From: an uncultured Spirochaetota bacterium
Lineage (GTDB): Bacteria; Spirochaetota; Spirochaetia; SZUA-6; Fen-1364
DNA length: 64,000 bases
Direction: 5' to 3'
Assembly: GCA_963781885.1 (NCBI GenBank)
Contig: CAWAHW010000004.1
Span: 640,001 to 704,000 of the forward strand
Part shown: positions 11,068-25,663 of the stretch, piece after piece
How the letters are laid out: each line of letters starts with the position of its first letter
Numbering within the stretch: position 1 is the stretch's first letter
Position numbers and translations under genes: made by a program
The notes under the pieces: generated by a model
The model's input: the letters and a program-made list of their open reading frames with translations, nothing else
Database searches by the model: none
What the model was told of the DNA's origin: nothing

Positions 11068-11777
11068 GTAATTTCCGTTCGTTCTTCCGTGATGTCGATC
11101 AGGGCGTAGCGCCCGTTCTTGTAGGGGCCGACGTTGACGCAGGTCACCCCGCCGAGAGAATCCTCGCCCGCTGCTTCGTGGATATGCCCGCAGATGCAGA
11201 GATTCACCCGGCCGCTCCTGGCGGCATTCCGGGAGCCGCTCAACTCCGCGGCGGGCCGCGGAAGGGCGGCATTCCGAGGGCCGCTCAGCAGAAACTCCCG
11301 CACCGGTACGGAGCCCACGTGCATGCGGGTGAAGCTCTTGTCGATTTCCGTGGCGTGGGGTGGTGCGTGGGATACGAGAACCTTGCAGGGGGCGTCAGAA
11401 ATCTGCGCCCATCCTTCCGCGAGACAGCGCGCGGCCTCTTCCGGCGGGAGCTCCCACGGCGTGCGGAATGGCGACGGGGTGCCGCCGCCCAGCCCCATGA
11501 AACCGACGCCGTCTATGACGACTCCCCGTGCGTGAATGTCGATTCCCTTGTCGCCGAGATAGCGACGTACGCCTTCCCGGTCCATATTCCCGCCGACGGC
11601 GACCATGCGAACGCCCGCGCCCACCAGGGGGCCAAGAACGGCCTCCGCCTCCGCGTAGTCGCCTAGATGGGTGATGTCCCCGACGATGACCACGACGTCC
11701 ACCCCGGGATTCCGGGCCAGGACCGACTCCAGCCCCGCGGCCTCCCCATGAATGTCAGAAAGGCAGAGGAGCTTCAT
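11052..11777 (-). CDS. metallophosphoesterase (Icc-like) with an in-frame palindromic insertion
   Basis: SDIHG, VGDIT, GGNMD, SHAPP, CGHIHE motifs. Confidence 0.9.
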   Translation of the reverse strand: MKLLCLSDIHGEAAGLESVLARNPGVDVVVIVGDITHLGDYAEAEAVLGPLVGAGVRMVAVGGNMDREGVRRYLGDKGIDIHARGVVIDGVGFMGLGGGTPSPFRTPWELPPEEAARCLAEGWAQISDAPCKVLVSHAPPHATEIDKSFTRMHVGSVPVREFLLSGPRNAALPRPAAELSGSRNAARSGRVNLCICGHIHEAAGEDSLGGVTCVNVGPYKNGRYALIDITEERTEITWRTR

Positions 11778-11783
11778 GTCCGT

Positions 11784-13289
11784 CTAGTGGTGCCGCCTTC
11801 GATGCTTCTTGTGCTTCCGGGAGCCGGTGTTCCCGGGGAAAGCCACGACGTTCGCCGGTGCCGATGCAGGCTGCGCGGCCGCCTCCGTGGCAAGCGCGCC
11901 GACGCCCGCGGCAGGCTCCGCGACGGGTTCCGTCGGAACGAATCCCTCGTCGGCTTCCTCCGCTTCCGCCTCTCCCTCGTCCGCCGATTCCGGCGCCCTT
12001 TCCACGGCGAGTGCCTTCTCCGTGGGCGCGATTCCGTACTTCGAAAGCTCGCTGGCCTTGCGCCTCTTGTCGCGGCTCTTCGTCCACTCGATGACGATGA
12101 AGGCCGAGATGAATGTCGAGTAGGTTCCTTCCACGATACCGACGATCATGTTGATCGCGAAGTTCTTGATGGTCCCCGTGGTGAGGATGGCCAGCGCGAT
12201 CACCGTGAGGAGCGTCGCCCCCGACGTGATGAATGTCCGGCTCAGCGTCTGCGTGACGCTCGTATCGAGGATCGTCCGCAGCGATTCACCGCGCATGAGG
12301 GAGTTGTTCTCCCGCGCGCGGTCGAAGTTGACGATGGTGTCATTGATCGAGTAGCCGAGTATCGTGAGGATGGCCGCGATGGTGCCGGCGTCGATTTCGA
12401 TGCGGAACACCGCGTCGAAGGACAGCATGACCAGCGCGTCGTGCAGGATGCCGAGGACTGCCGCGGCGGCGTAGATCCACGGGTGGAACCTGAATGACAT
12501 GTAGAGCAGGATGAGGGCGACCGCGATCAGGACCAGCCATATCGTCTGCGATGCCAGCGACTGTGCCATGCGCGGACCGACGAACTCGGTGCTCTTGATG
12601 ATGACCTGGCCCGTTCCATATCGGCCTTCCAGGGCGGCCAGGAGCGCGTTCTGGGTATCCGTCTGGAAGGTCTGCTCCGAGGTCCCCGCCTGCACGGGGA
12701 ATCGCGCGATGAACTCCTGGTTGGCAGGCACGCCGACCGCCTGGAGATTGTTCTCTCCCATGGTGGCAAGAAGGGCCCGGATGGCGGAGATGTCCGTCTC
12801 GACGCCGCGGCCGGCGCCCGGCGTCCTGTTGATCGTATACGGCGTTCCCGTGATCACCGCGGGGCGCGGGAGAGGAAGCAGCTCCGTCGGCGCGATGGTG
12901 GCATCGCCCTTCAGGACTACGCTTATTCCTTTTACCTGCTTCTGGATGGCGTCCGTGAGGTCTTTCACGGTGGCAAAGTTCTTGTAGACGAAGGGGAAAC
13001 TGGTGACGTTCCCGTTCGTTGCATTGGTCACCTTGAAGATGATGTCGCCGGGGGAGGTGATGGCCTGCTCGCCCGCCGGGATCGATATCTCCACCTTGTC
13101 GGGACCGGTGTACAGGACCGTGAAGCTCGCGGGGGCGACCTGGAACTGGAACGCGATACCCGCCTTGAAATCGACGCCGAGATTGAGGCCGTGATTGATG
13201 ATGTACCCGCTGATCCCGATGAGGATCAGGAGCGCCGAGAAGGCGAAGAAATAGTAGCGTGCACGTGAAAACCGTATGACTCGCTTCAT
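11784..13289 (-). CDS. secF: protein translocase subunit SecF
   Basis: NLGVDFKAG, EFVGP, GYSINDTIVNFDRAREN, TLSRTFITS. Confidence 0.95.
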   Translation of the reverse strand: MKRVIRFSRARYYFFAFSALLILIGISGYIINHGLNLGVDFKAGIAFQFQVAPASFTVLYTGPDKVEISIPAGEQAITSPGDIIFKVTNATNGNVTSFPFVYKNFATVKDLTDAIQKQVKGISVVLKGDATIAPTELLPLPRPAVITGTPYTINRTPGAGRGVETDISAIRALLATMGENNLQAVGVPANQEFIARFPVQAGTSEQTFQTDTQNALLAALEGRYGTGQVIIKSTEFVGPRMAQSLASQTIWLVLIAVALILLYMSFRFHPWIYAAAAVLGILHDALVMLSFDAVFRIEIDAGTIAAILTILGYSINDTIVNFDRARENNSLMRGESLRTILDTSVTQTLSRTFITSGATLLTVIALAILTTGTIKNFAINMIVGIVEGTYSTFISAFIVIEWTKSRDKRRKASELSKYGIAPTEKALAVERAPESADEGEAEAEEADEGFVPTEPVAEPAAGVGALATEAAAQPASAPANVVAFPGNTGSRKHKKHRRRHH

Positions 13290-15025
13290 GCGATCTTTCT
13301 CCAGGTGAGCCGGATCCGCTTCGTGTGGAGCACGTCGAGCTCGAAGTCGAAGATGAGCCGGGAGACGAACACCGCGGCGAACAGCGTGGCGACGTTGCCG
13401 ATCAGGAGCGTCCAGGCGAAGCCCTGGATGCTGCCCTTGCCGAGCTGCGTCAGGACGAGGGCCGCGATGATGGTCGTCACGTTCGAGTCGAGGATTGCAC
13501 TGAAGGCGCGTGAGAACCCGTGACTCACGATGGCCTGCGTCGTCTTGCCCAGCCGCGTCTCCTCCTTCATCCTCTCGAAGATCAGCACGTTCGCGTCCAC
13601 GGCCATACCGATCGTGAGCACGAGACCCGCGATGGAGGCGAGGGTGAGCGTGAAGCCGAAGACGGAGAGCACGGCGACGTTGATGTAGAGATGGAGGAGC
13701 TGCGCGATCACCGCGTTGAGGCCCGCGCGCCGGTAGTAGAGGAGCATGAAGAGCATGACGAGGCCGATCCCGATGACACTCGCCTTGATGCCCTGCGTGA
13801 TCGCGTCCTGCCCCAGCGACGCGCCGACTGCCTGCTGGCTGGTGATCTCCAGCGGCACCGGGAAGGAGCCCGTGCGCAACGTCAGCGCGAGATCGGTCGC
13901 CTCCGAGGCGCCGAATCCGTGCACGGCGACCGACGAGCGGATCGCGTCTTCGATCGTCGCCTGCGCCTTCACCTTGTTGTCCAGCGCGACGGCAAGGCGC
14001 TTGCCCTTGTTCGCGCTCGTGAGGTTGTAGAATGTCTCACCGCCCGCGTTCGTGAGCAGGAAGTTGACCTCGGGCTGTCCCGTGAGCGGATCCCGCACCA
14101 CCTGGGCGCTCGTGATCTCCGCGCCGTTCAGCCCGACCTCTTCCTTCAGCACCGTGTAGCCTTTCAGCTCGTCCAGGCCGTAGGAGTCCTTCTGGAAGAA
14201 GCCGCGGAGCACGTCGCCCTTGGGGACGACGGCGAGCACCGCCTGGTCCTGCACGTCGCCCGCGGCGTCGATGAGCACGCCGGGATGCTGCGCTTCGTAG
14301 GCCTTCACGGCCGCCAGCCCGTCCTCGTCCACGATGTGGAAGGTGAGCGAGCCTTTGCCCTGGATGAACCGGCGCACGTTCTCGGGGTCCGAGGTACCGG
14401 GGATCTCGATGACGATCCGATCATCGCCCTGGGAGGTGATGGAGGGGTCGGTGAGGCCGAACTGGTCCACCTTGTTCCTCAAAACTTCCAGGGTCTGCGC
14501 CATCTTGTCCTTGCGGTCGGCGGCGCTGAGGCCCTTCTTGTTCACCTGCTCCCAGGTGGCATAATCCAGCTGCACGGTGACGTACATGCCGCCGCGCAGG
14601 TCGAGACCGAGCTGCATGGTCTGGTTCTTAAGGTTCTTCAGGGCGATGATCTTGTCGCGATACCAGCCCTCGGCGTCCGAGGTGATGTCATCCCGGCTGC
14701 TGTACGCCTGCAGGACGCTCTGGATCGTCCAGGTGGCAGGGACGGTCCGACCGGCGCTCTGGTAGCGCAGCTTCGCCTTGTCGATGAGGAAGGAGTACTC
14801 CGCGGGCAGGGGATCGTTCGCGTTCGTGGCGACAAGCTTCTCCAACTGGGAGACTGCCTGGGAAGCCTCCTCCTGCGCATAGACCTTGATCTGCGTCCGG
14901 GAGCTTTCCGCCATGTCCTTCTCGGCCTGTGGCGTCTGAAAATACCACTGGATGGAAGGCTGGACAAAATAGTAGCCCACCGCGAGCACCGCGATGACAA
15001 TGAGGAACCGGTAGCGCTTTTTCAT
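13286..15025 (-). CDS. secD: protein translocase subunit SecD
   Basis: LGLDLRGG, VGASLGQDAI, GMAVDANVLIFERMKEE, AILDSNVTT. Confidence 0.96.
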   Translation of the reverse strand: MKKRYRFLIVIAVLAVGYYFVQPSIQWYFQTPQAEKDMAESSRTQIKVYAQEEASQAVSQLEKLVATNANDPLPAEYSFLIDKAKLRYQSAGRTVPATWTIQSVLQAYSSRDDITSDAEGWYRDKIIALKNLKNQTMQLGLDLRGGMYVTVQLDYATWEQVNKKGLSAADRKDKMAQTLEVLRNKVDQFGLTDPSITSQGDDRIVIEIPGTSDPENVRRFIQGKGSLTFHIVDEDGLAAVKAYEAQHPGVLIDAAGDVQDQAVLAVVPKGDVLRGFFQKDSYGLDELKGYTVLKEEVGLNGAEITSAQVVRDPLTGQPEVNFLLTNAGGETFYNLTSANKGKRLAVALDNKVKAQATIEDAIRSSVAVHGFGASEATDLALTLRTGSFPVPLEITSQQAVGASLGQDAITQGIKASVIGIGLVMLFMLLYYRRAGLNAVIAQLLHLYINVAVLSVFGFTLTLASIAGLVLTIGMAVDANVLIFERMKEETRLGKTTQAIVSHGFSRAFSAILDSNVTTIIAALVLTQLGKGSIQGFAWTLLIGNVATLFAAVFVSRLIFDFELDVLHTKRIRLTWRKIA

Positions 15026-15033
15026 GAAAGCTG

Positions 15034-15411
15034 TTACTCCTTGAAATCTCCCGATCCCGGTTCTTCCTTGCGCTCGAGAACCTGGGAGACGGCGCTCTTG
15101 GAGAACTTGATCTTCACGTTCTCATCGACCTTGATGATGACGACGTCGTCCTTCACTGAGTCGACAAATCCATGCTCGCCGCCGATGGTGACCACGCGGT
15201 CCCCGCGGCGGATGCTCGACAGCATCTTCTTCGCGTCTTTCTGCTTGCGGTTCTGAGGCCGGATCACCAGGAAGTAGAAGACCACGATGATCAACCCGAA
15301 GGTGACCAGCATGGTGACCAGTTGCGTGCCGCCGCCGCCCGTGGCCCCGCCCGTTCCCGATGCTTCCGTTCCGCCCAGGAGCAGCGGGAGAAAACTAGAT
15401 ATGCCTGTCAT
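15034..15411 (-). CDS. yajC: preprotein translocase subunit YajC
   Basis: FYFLVIRPQNRKQK...GDRVVTIGG; directly upstream of secD. Confidence 0.95.
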   Translation of the reverse strand: MTGISSFLPLLLGGTEASGTGGATGGGGTQLVTMLVTFGLIIVVFYFLVIRPQNRKQKDAKKMLSSIRRGDRVVTIGGEHGFVDSVKDDVVIIKVDENVKIKFSKSAVSQVLERKEEPGSGDFKE

Positions 15412-15568
15412 ATGGTATCCTTAAAGGATGAAGATGAATAACCGCGCAAACATACCATAAAGCCGGAGTGAGCGTCAACACGGCATGCACTGTACTCGGT
15501 GCGTTTTCTTTGCCATGCAAAGCCGCGCAGATGCGCATGCGGTGAAGCGCGGCGGGCACCCCCGCGGG

Positions 15569-16231
15569 TCAGCCGCGTTTGCGGGCACGGATCATCCTCG
15601 AAACGGCCCGCAGCCGCCGTGTGAACACCGCCTCCACGCGCGTGGAGGCATCCCGCACCTCGCGCATGCGCTCCACGAGGTACTCCAGGGCGGCCCCTGT
15701 CTTTTCCATGTCCGCGAGCGGCATGTCGGTGAGGTCGGCGTCGGTCGCGCCGAGATCGGGCCCGGCCAGGCGGAGGATATCGCCGATCTCGGCAAGGGTG
15801 TAGTTGAATGCCTGCAGGTCCTTGATGAAGGAGAGATGGGTCACGTCGCCGGGCCGGTAGAGACGGAAGCCCCCCTCGGTGCGGCGGTGGGGAGCGATCA
15901 GGCCCTTTTCCTCCCAGAACTTGATCGTGCGTACATTGATGCCGCTCCTCTCCGCGAGCTCTCCAATGGTGAGAAAATCGCTGCGGGAGACGTAGCGTCC
16001 CTTCTCGTCCTTGACGGGCAGCCCGACGCTCCGCTTGATCTTCTGGATTTCCGGGAGGGCATAACCAAGGGAGGAGAACTTGCGGATCAGCTCCCCTTCC
16101 TCCACGGCGGATTCAGGGAACACGTCGGTCGCCCCCGGCAGCGGGGCGATCAGGTCATTGTCGGTCCATTCCTCCAGCTCCCGCGGGGTGATCCTGAGAC
16201 GCTGGAGCAGCTCGTCACGGGTCAGCTCCAC
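15569..16231 (-). CDS. MerR-family regulator with two tandem HTH domains
   Basis: LTIGELAERSGINVRTIKFWEEKGLIAP.RTEGGFRLY plus a degenerate N-terminal copy. Confidence 0.85.
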   Translation of the reverse strand: MELTRDELLQRLRITPRELEEWTDNDLIAPLPGATDVFPESAVEEGELIRKFSSLGYALPEIQKIKRSVGLPVKDEKGRYVSRSDFLTIGELAERSGINVRTIKFWEEKGLIAPHRRTEGGFRLYRPGDVTHLSFIKDLQAFNYTLAEIGDILRLAGPDLGATDADLTDMPLADMEKTGAALEYLVERMREVRDASTRVEAVFTRRLRAVSRMIRARKRG

Positions 16232-16241
16232 GAGACCCCCG

Positions 16242-16535
16242 TCAGACGACCGTGATTTTCTTCACTCCCTCGGGAACGACGGAGACACCGAAGATCCTCT
16301 TCAGATCCTCCACGGAACCCACGGGAGCGGTTGTCTTTTTATTGTAGAGCACGAGGACCTCTTCCAGCTCCTGGGGCGCACCGCTGTACACCGCGGAGCT
16401 CACCGCCTGCTTGAACATCCCTGCCTCGGCGAGCTGGCGTGTCGAGCTGCCGCGATGCCGGCGCATATTCTTGCCGTCGATGATCGCCGTGCTTCCTTCG
16501 AAGCCGATGCAGAAGACGAAATCCTCCCTGCGCAT
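16242..16535 (-). CDS. small hypothetical protein
   Basis: 97-aa ORF with typical codon usage, promoter TTGCAC-N17-CAGGAT, coupled to the MerR gene. Confidence 0.75.
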   Translation of the reverse strand: MRREDFVFCIGFEGSTAIIDGKNMRRHRGSSTRQLAEAGMFKQAVSSAVYSGAPQELEEVLVLYNKKTTAPVGSVEDLKRIFGVSVVPEGVKKITVV

Positions 16536-16585
16536 GCGGCAATCCTGACAGATCGGGCATCGTTGTGCAAGGTATGACGAATCGC

Positions 16586-16612
16586 AAAAAAAGGCCGCCC
16601 ACGCGGGCGGCC
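16586..16612 (-). terminator. intrinsic terminator of groEL
   Basis: GGCCGCCC-GCGT-GGGCGGCC-TTTTTTT on the minus strand. Confidence 0.85.
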
Positions 16613-16634
16613 CCTGATTTGCAGGAACGTTGTC

Positions 16635-20102
<3,468 letters not shown>

Positions 20103-20104
20103 GC

Positions 20105-20773
20105 ATGGCGGGCATCGAGTTCTTCGACGTCGATCACACGCTGACGCGCCGTTCGTCCGGCGGCCGCTACGTGGCGCTTGCAATGCGGCGGGGTGTCGTG
20201 CCGCGCCGGCTCCTTATCGTGCTTCCGTGGTATTCGCTCACCTACAAGCTGGGCATCTTCCGGCTGCGCGCGTACGACGGGGGATTTCCTTACCTGAGCG
20301 GGCTTTCCCGCTCGACGCTGGAGAGCCTCGCGCGGGAAAGCTTCGAATCCACCCTGAAGAACGACCTTTTCCCCCAGGCGGTCGCGCTCGTGCGGCAACT
20401 GCGGGGGCAGGGCCGCGCCGTCGTGCTTGCCACGTCGTCCCTTGACTTCATCGTCGCGCCGCTTGCCGATCATCTCGGCGTGGACGGCGTGCTTGCAACG
20501 GCCCTGGAGTTCAAGGACGGCATCTGCACGGGACGCCTGGACGGGGTGCCGATGTTCCGCCGGGAGAAGAAGGAGCGCGTGCTCGCCTTCGCCTCCGCGC
20601 GGAACGCGCTCCCCGCGGACTGCGCATTCTATTCCGACAGCATCTACGACCTGCCGCTGCTCGAATCGGTGGGAAGACCGGTGGCCGTGAATCCCGACAT
20701 ACGCCTTCGGCGCATCGCGCGGGACCGGGGCTGGCCGATCATGGACCTGGAACGATCTCGCCCTGCTCGATGA
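20105..20773 (+). CDS. HAD-IB family hydrolase (SerB-like)
   Basis: FFDVDHTL, LATSS, FYSDSIYDLPLLESVGRPVAVNPD. Confidence 0.9.
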   Translation: MAGIEFFDVDHTLTRRSSGGRYVALAMRRGVVPRRLLIVLPWYSLTYKLGIFRLRAYDGGFPYLSGLSRSTLESLARESFESTLKNDLFPQAVALVRQLRGQGRAVVLATSSLDFIVAPLADHLGVDGVLATALEFKDGICTGRLDGVPMFRREKKERVLAFASARNALPADCAFYSDSIYDLPLLESVGRPVAVNPDIRLRRIARDRGWPIMDLERSRPAR

Positions 20774-21509
20774 GGACGGCGGTGCCGTCGCCCTGACGGA
20801 GCATCAAACGTCCCCTGTCGTCAACCCCCTCGATCGTACCTTCCATCGTTTTTCCCGAGCCCAGGAGATCGACCCGAATCCGCTGCCCCATTGAGGCGAG
20901 GCGCTCCCGCAGTCCCTGGCGCCACGCATCATCGCGAAGAGCCTGGCGCAGACGCGCCAGGAGCCGCGACAGCATGAGAGAGGCGCTCACCTTTTGCCCG
21001 GAGACCTGGAAAAGCGAGCAGGCAATGGATTCGATCTCCGCCGGGAACGACGTCTGCAGCAGATTGATCCCGACGCCCACCAGGAGGACGTCTCCCGCAG
21101 ATTCGCAGAGAATGCCGGCAAGCTTGCGGCTGCCCGCGACAAGGTCGTTCGGCCATTTGATCTTGACGGGCGCGCCTGACACATCCTCGACGGCGCGCGC
21201 CGCGGCGACACCCGCCCGCAGGGGAAGCTCATGCGGCGGAAAATCGACGTCCCGCTTCATCAGCACGACCGTGGCAAGAAGGCTTTCCCCGGGCAGGGAG
21301 ATCCACGTCCTTCCCGGCACGCGTCCCCGGCCGCGCTCCTGGAATCGGGCGTACACCACGCTTCCCGACGCGCAGCCGGTGCGCGCAAGCTCCCGGGCGT
21401 CGTCCATCGTGGAGGACGTGCTCTCCCGCGTGACGACCACGGCGCCCGGCCACGGGTTGTCGACGCGGTCGCGAAACGCAAAATGAAAGCCGCGGTCGCT
21501 TGTCTCCAT
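20739..21509 (-). CDS. birA: biotin--protein ligase (no HTH)
   Basis: STMDDA, QERGRGRVPGRTW, IKWPNDL, KLAGILCE, GVGINL. Confidence 0.92.
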   Translation of the reverse strand: METSDRGFHFAFRDRVDNPWPGAVVVTRESTSSTMDDARELARTGCASGSVVYARFQERGRGRVPGRTWISLPGESLLATVVLMKRDVDFPPHELPLRAGVAAARAVEDVSGAPVKIKWPNDLVAGSRKLAGILCESAGDVLLVGVGINLLQTSFPAEIESIACSLFQVSGQKVSASLMLSRLLARLRQALRDDAWRQGLRERLASMGQRIRVDLLGSGKTMEGTIEGVDDRGRLMLRQGDGTAVLIEQGEIVPGP

Positions 21510-21535
21510 CGCATCGATTATGTACCATTTTTTGC

Positions 21536-23031
<1,496 letters not shown>

Positions 23032-23035
<4 letters not shown>

Positions 23036-24003
23036 GCAGCGCGCTCGACCCCCGCACGATCGAGGAGGAGATCGCGCGGATCAGGGAAAAGGAATCAACG
23101 CCATTCTCTGCCGGGACAAAGACGAACCTCTTCACGCTCCTGATCTTCCGCGCGGATGCGGGCCCTGCCCCCGGGGCGGCCGATCCCGTGGAATCGACTC
23201 TTGCATACCTCCTGGGCAAGAGGCCGGCCCGGATCATCACGCTCACGCGGGCGGAGGCGGAGAAAACCGAAGCACTGGTGAGCGGTCGCTGCTACCCCGA
23301 CCGGCGGAACCGCGGAGTGTGCTTCGAGGAGGTCCGCATCGAATGCGGCGATGACGGGCTGGGCGCGGATCCGGGCGCGTGGGCGCCGCTTGCCATCCGT
23401 GACCTGCCGGTCTTTGCCTGGATGCCGGACGGCATCGACGAGGAAATGGCGCTCTGGGAACCCACGCTCCGGCAGGCCGGCGGCATCGTGGACAAGCTGG
23501 TGGTGGATTCATCCCGCGCGGCCCCCGAGGCCGCACGCGCAGAGAATGCGCTGCGGGGACTGGGCCGGCTCCGCGATGCGGTTGCCGACGCCTTCAACGT
23601 TTCGGACTTCTCCTGGCGCCGTGGGCAGGTGCTCCGCGAACAGTCCGCGCGCGCATTCGACCCGGTGGAGATGCGGCCCCGTCTCGCGGCCGTGCGCAGC
23701 GTGCAGCTCTACGGGGGATCGCCCGCCGAGGCCCAGCTCTTCTTTGCGTGGCTGCGCGCGCGGCTGGGGCGCAAGGTGGAGGTGGACCACGCGTTCGCCG
23801 GCCCTCTCGGCGAAGGTTTCAAGGTGACCTTCTCACTCGATGGAAGCCCCGCGGTGGATATCGGCTGCACGAAGGGCGGCTGCCTCTCACGCGGCGAGGA
23901 AAAGGCGGGTTTCCGGGCCCCCGTGGACGGGGAGATTCTCATGGCGGAGGTGGATGACTTCGCGCGGGACGCGATTTTCCAGGAGGTGCTCGTCCATGCA
24001 TGA
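23032..24003 (+). CDS. opcA: G6PDH assembly protein OpcA
   Basis: Between zwf and pgl with GTGA overlap; PARIITL, DLPVFAW, KLVVDS, DFSWRR motifs. Confidence 0.85.
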
Positions 24004-24793
24004 CGGGGCACCCGCGGAGACCGGAGAGCTGCGCACCATCGTGACGGAGGATCGGGAGCACCTTGCCGAGCAGGCGGGAGAGCTCCTGCTTGCCGTGATC
24101 GAGGAGGCAATTGGCGCCCGCGGCGAGGCATGGGTCATCCTTGCCGGCGGCACGACCCCCGGGCCCGCCTACGCGCGGCTGGCGCTGGGGCTGCGGGACC
24201 GCGCCGTGCCGATCGGAAAAATATCCTGGCTGATCGGCGACGAGCGATGGGTGCCGCGGATCGACCCGCAGTCGAACGAAGGCATGGCGCGGGAAAGCCT
24301 GCTGGGCCCCATCCGCGCGCCCGAGGCGACGATTGCCTCGTGGAACGCCGGCGAGGGCGATCCCGTGGAAAAGGCGGCGCGCTACGCGGCGCGCATCGAG
24401 GAGGCGCGGGCGCGCGGCGCGGGCGGCCCCGATCTCGTCATCCTCGGCATGGGTGCCGACGGCCACACCGCCTCGCTCTTTCCCGGCGCCACCGCGCTCC
24501 TGCCGGATGGCAGGCGCATCGCCGTGGCGCCGCGCATGACCGCGCTTGCCGCCGCCGTGGAAGGTCCGCCGTCCCGCGGCTGGCGGTTGACCCTCTGCCC
24601 TGATTTCCTTAGAACTTCACGGCATGTCGTGTTCCTGGTGGCCGGCAGCGACAGGGCGCCGGCGCTCCGACGCGCCCGCCAGGGAGACCCGGCGACACCC
24701 GCGGCCTGGATCCGGGGAGCGCAGACGCACTTCATCGTGACACGCGACGCCATGGGCACGGAAAGGGAAGCCGGCGATATCCGCTTTGCATAA
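23996..24793 (+). CDS. pgl: 6-phosphogluconolactonase
   Basis: LAGGTTP, GDERWVP..DPQSN, LGMGADGHTASLFPG. Confidence 0.93.
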   Translation: MHDGAPAETGELRTIVTEDREHLAEQAGELLLAVIEEAIGARGEAWVILAGGTTPGPAYARLALGLRDRAVPIGKISWLIGDERWVPRIDPQSNEGMARESLLGPIRAPEATIASWNAGEGDPVEKAARYAARIEEARARGAGGPDLVILGMGADGHTASLFPGATALLPDGRRIAVAPRMTALAAAVEGPPSRGWRLTLCPDFLRTSRHVVFLVAGSDRAPALRRARQGDPATPAAWIRGAQTHFIVTRDAMGTEREAGDIRFA

Positions 24794-24812
24794 AGGCACA
24801 GGAGAAAAAAAC

Positions 24813-25616
24813 ATGGACACCCGGCTTGCGCAGTTCGTGCGCGGCCTGTTCTTCGACATCCAGACAATCGAAGGCGTGCAGTCCCTGGAGATCTGGAACG
24901 GCATCCGCGAGCGCGACGACTCCTTCGAGATGACCCGTCTGGTGAAAAACTTCTACAAGATCGTCATCCCGCTCGTGAATGAACGGTGCTTCGGCAAGCC
25001 GTTCTCCCACCATTCCCGGCGGGCAAAGGCGACCGTTGCGGCCCTCATCGAGATGTTCGACGGCAGCCGCGAGTCGCCGTTCTTCGCGCGCTTCCCCTAC
25101 CCGCCGACGGGCGACGGCGACCAGAAGGAGCTGTACAAGGTGGTCAAGTCCGCTGCCGACACGCTGGTCACGGAGGCTGAGGCCGCGGAGGCGGCAGATC
25201 CCGTGACACCGGCTCCCGCTGCGGCCTCCCACGAGGTGTTTCCCGACGGGCTCTTCGATTTCCGCGAGATGAGGATCGTCGACAACGAGCTGCCCTACAT
25301 CATCTTCACGGACAAGGAGTTCCGCGTCATCCACGGGCTTGCCATCGTCTATCTCTGGCTCATCGACCTGGATGCGATATTCCTGGAGACGCTGGAGGAG
25401 CAGGGGGTCGATGCCGCGCTGCGGGAGGAATACCGGCAGTTCGGCCGCAAGGTCCACAAGGAGAACCCCCTCATCATCCATGGCAGACCGATGGACGCGA
25501 AGGCGCTCCTTTCGCACATCCACGAGCAGCTGAAGTACAAGGACTACCTGGACCTTTTCGAGAATGTCTACGCCTGGTTCGAGCAGACCCGCGACCGGCT
25601 CGGCGGGCAGGCGTAA
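24813..25616 (+). CDS. hypothetical protein
   Basis: AGGAG RBS and strong coding bias; no recognised motif. Confidence 0.75.
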   Translation: MDTRLAQFVRGLFFDIQTIEGVQSLEIWNGIRERDDSFEMTRLVKNFYKIVIPLVNERCFGKPFSHHSRRAKATVAALIEMFDGSRESPFFARFPYPPTGDGDQKELYKVVKSAADTLVTEAEAAEAADPVTPAPAAASHEVFPDGLFDFREMRIVDNELPYIIFTDKEFRVIHGLAIVYLWLIDLDAIFLETLEEQGVDAALREEYRQFGRKVHKENPLIIHGRPMDAKALLSHIHEQLKYKDYLDLFENVYAWFEQTRDRLGGQA

Positions 25617-25663
25617 CGGCGGGGGCCGCCCGGTTTCCCGGGCAGCCTTCCGCGGATAAGAGC

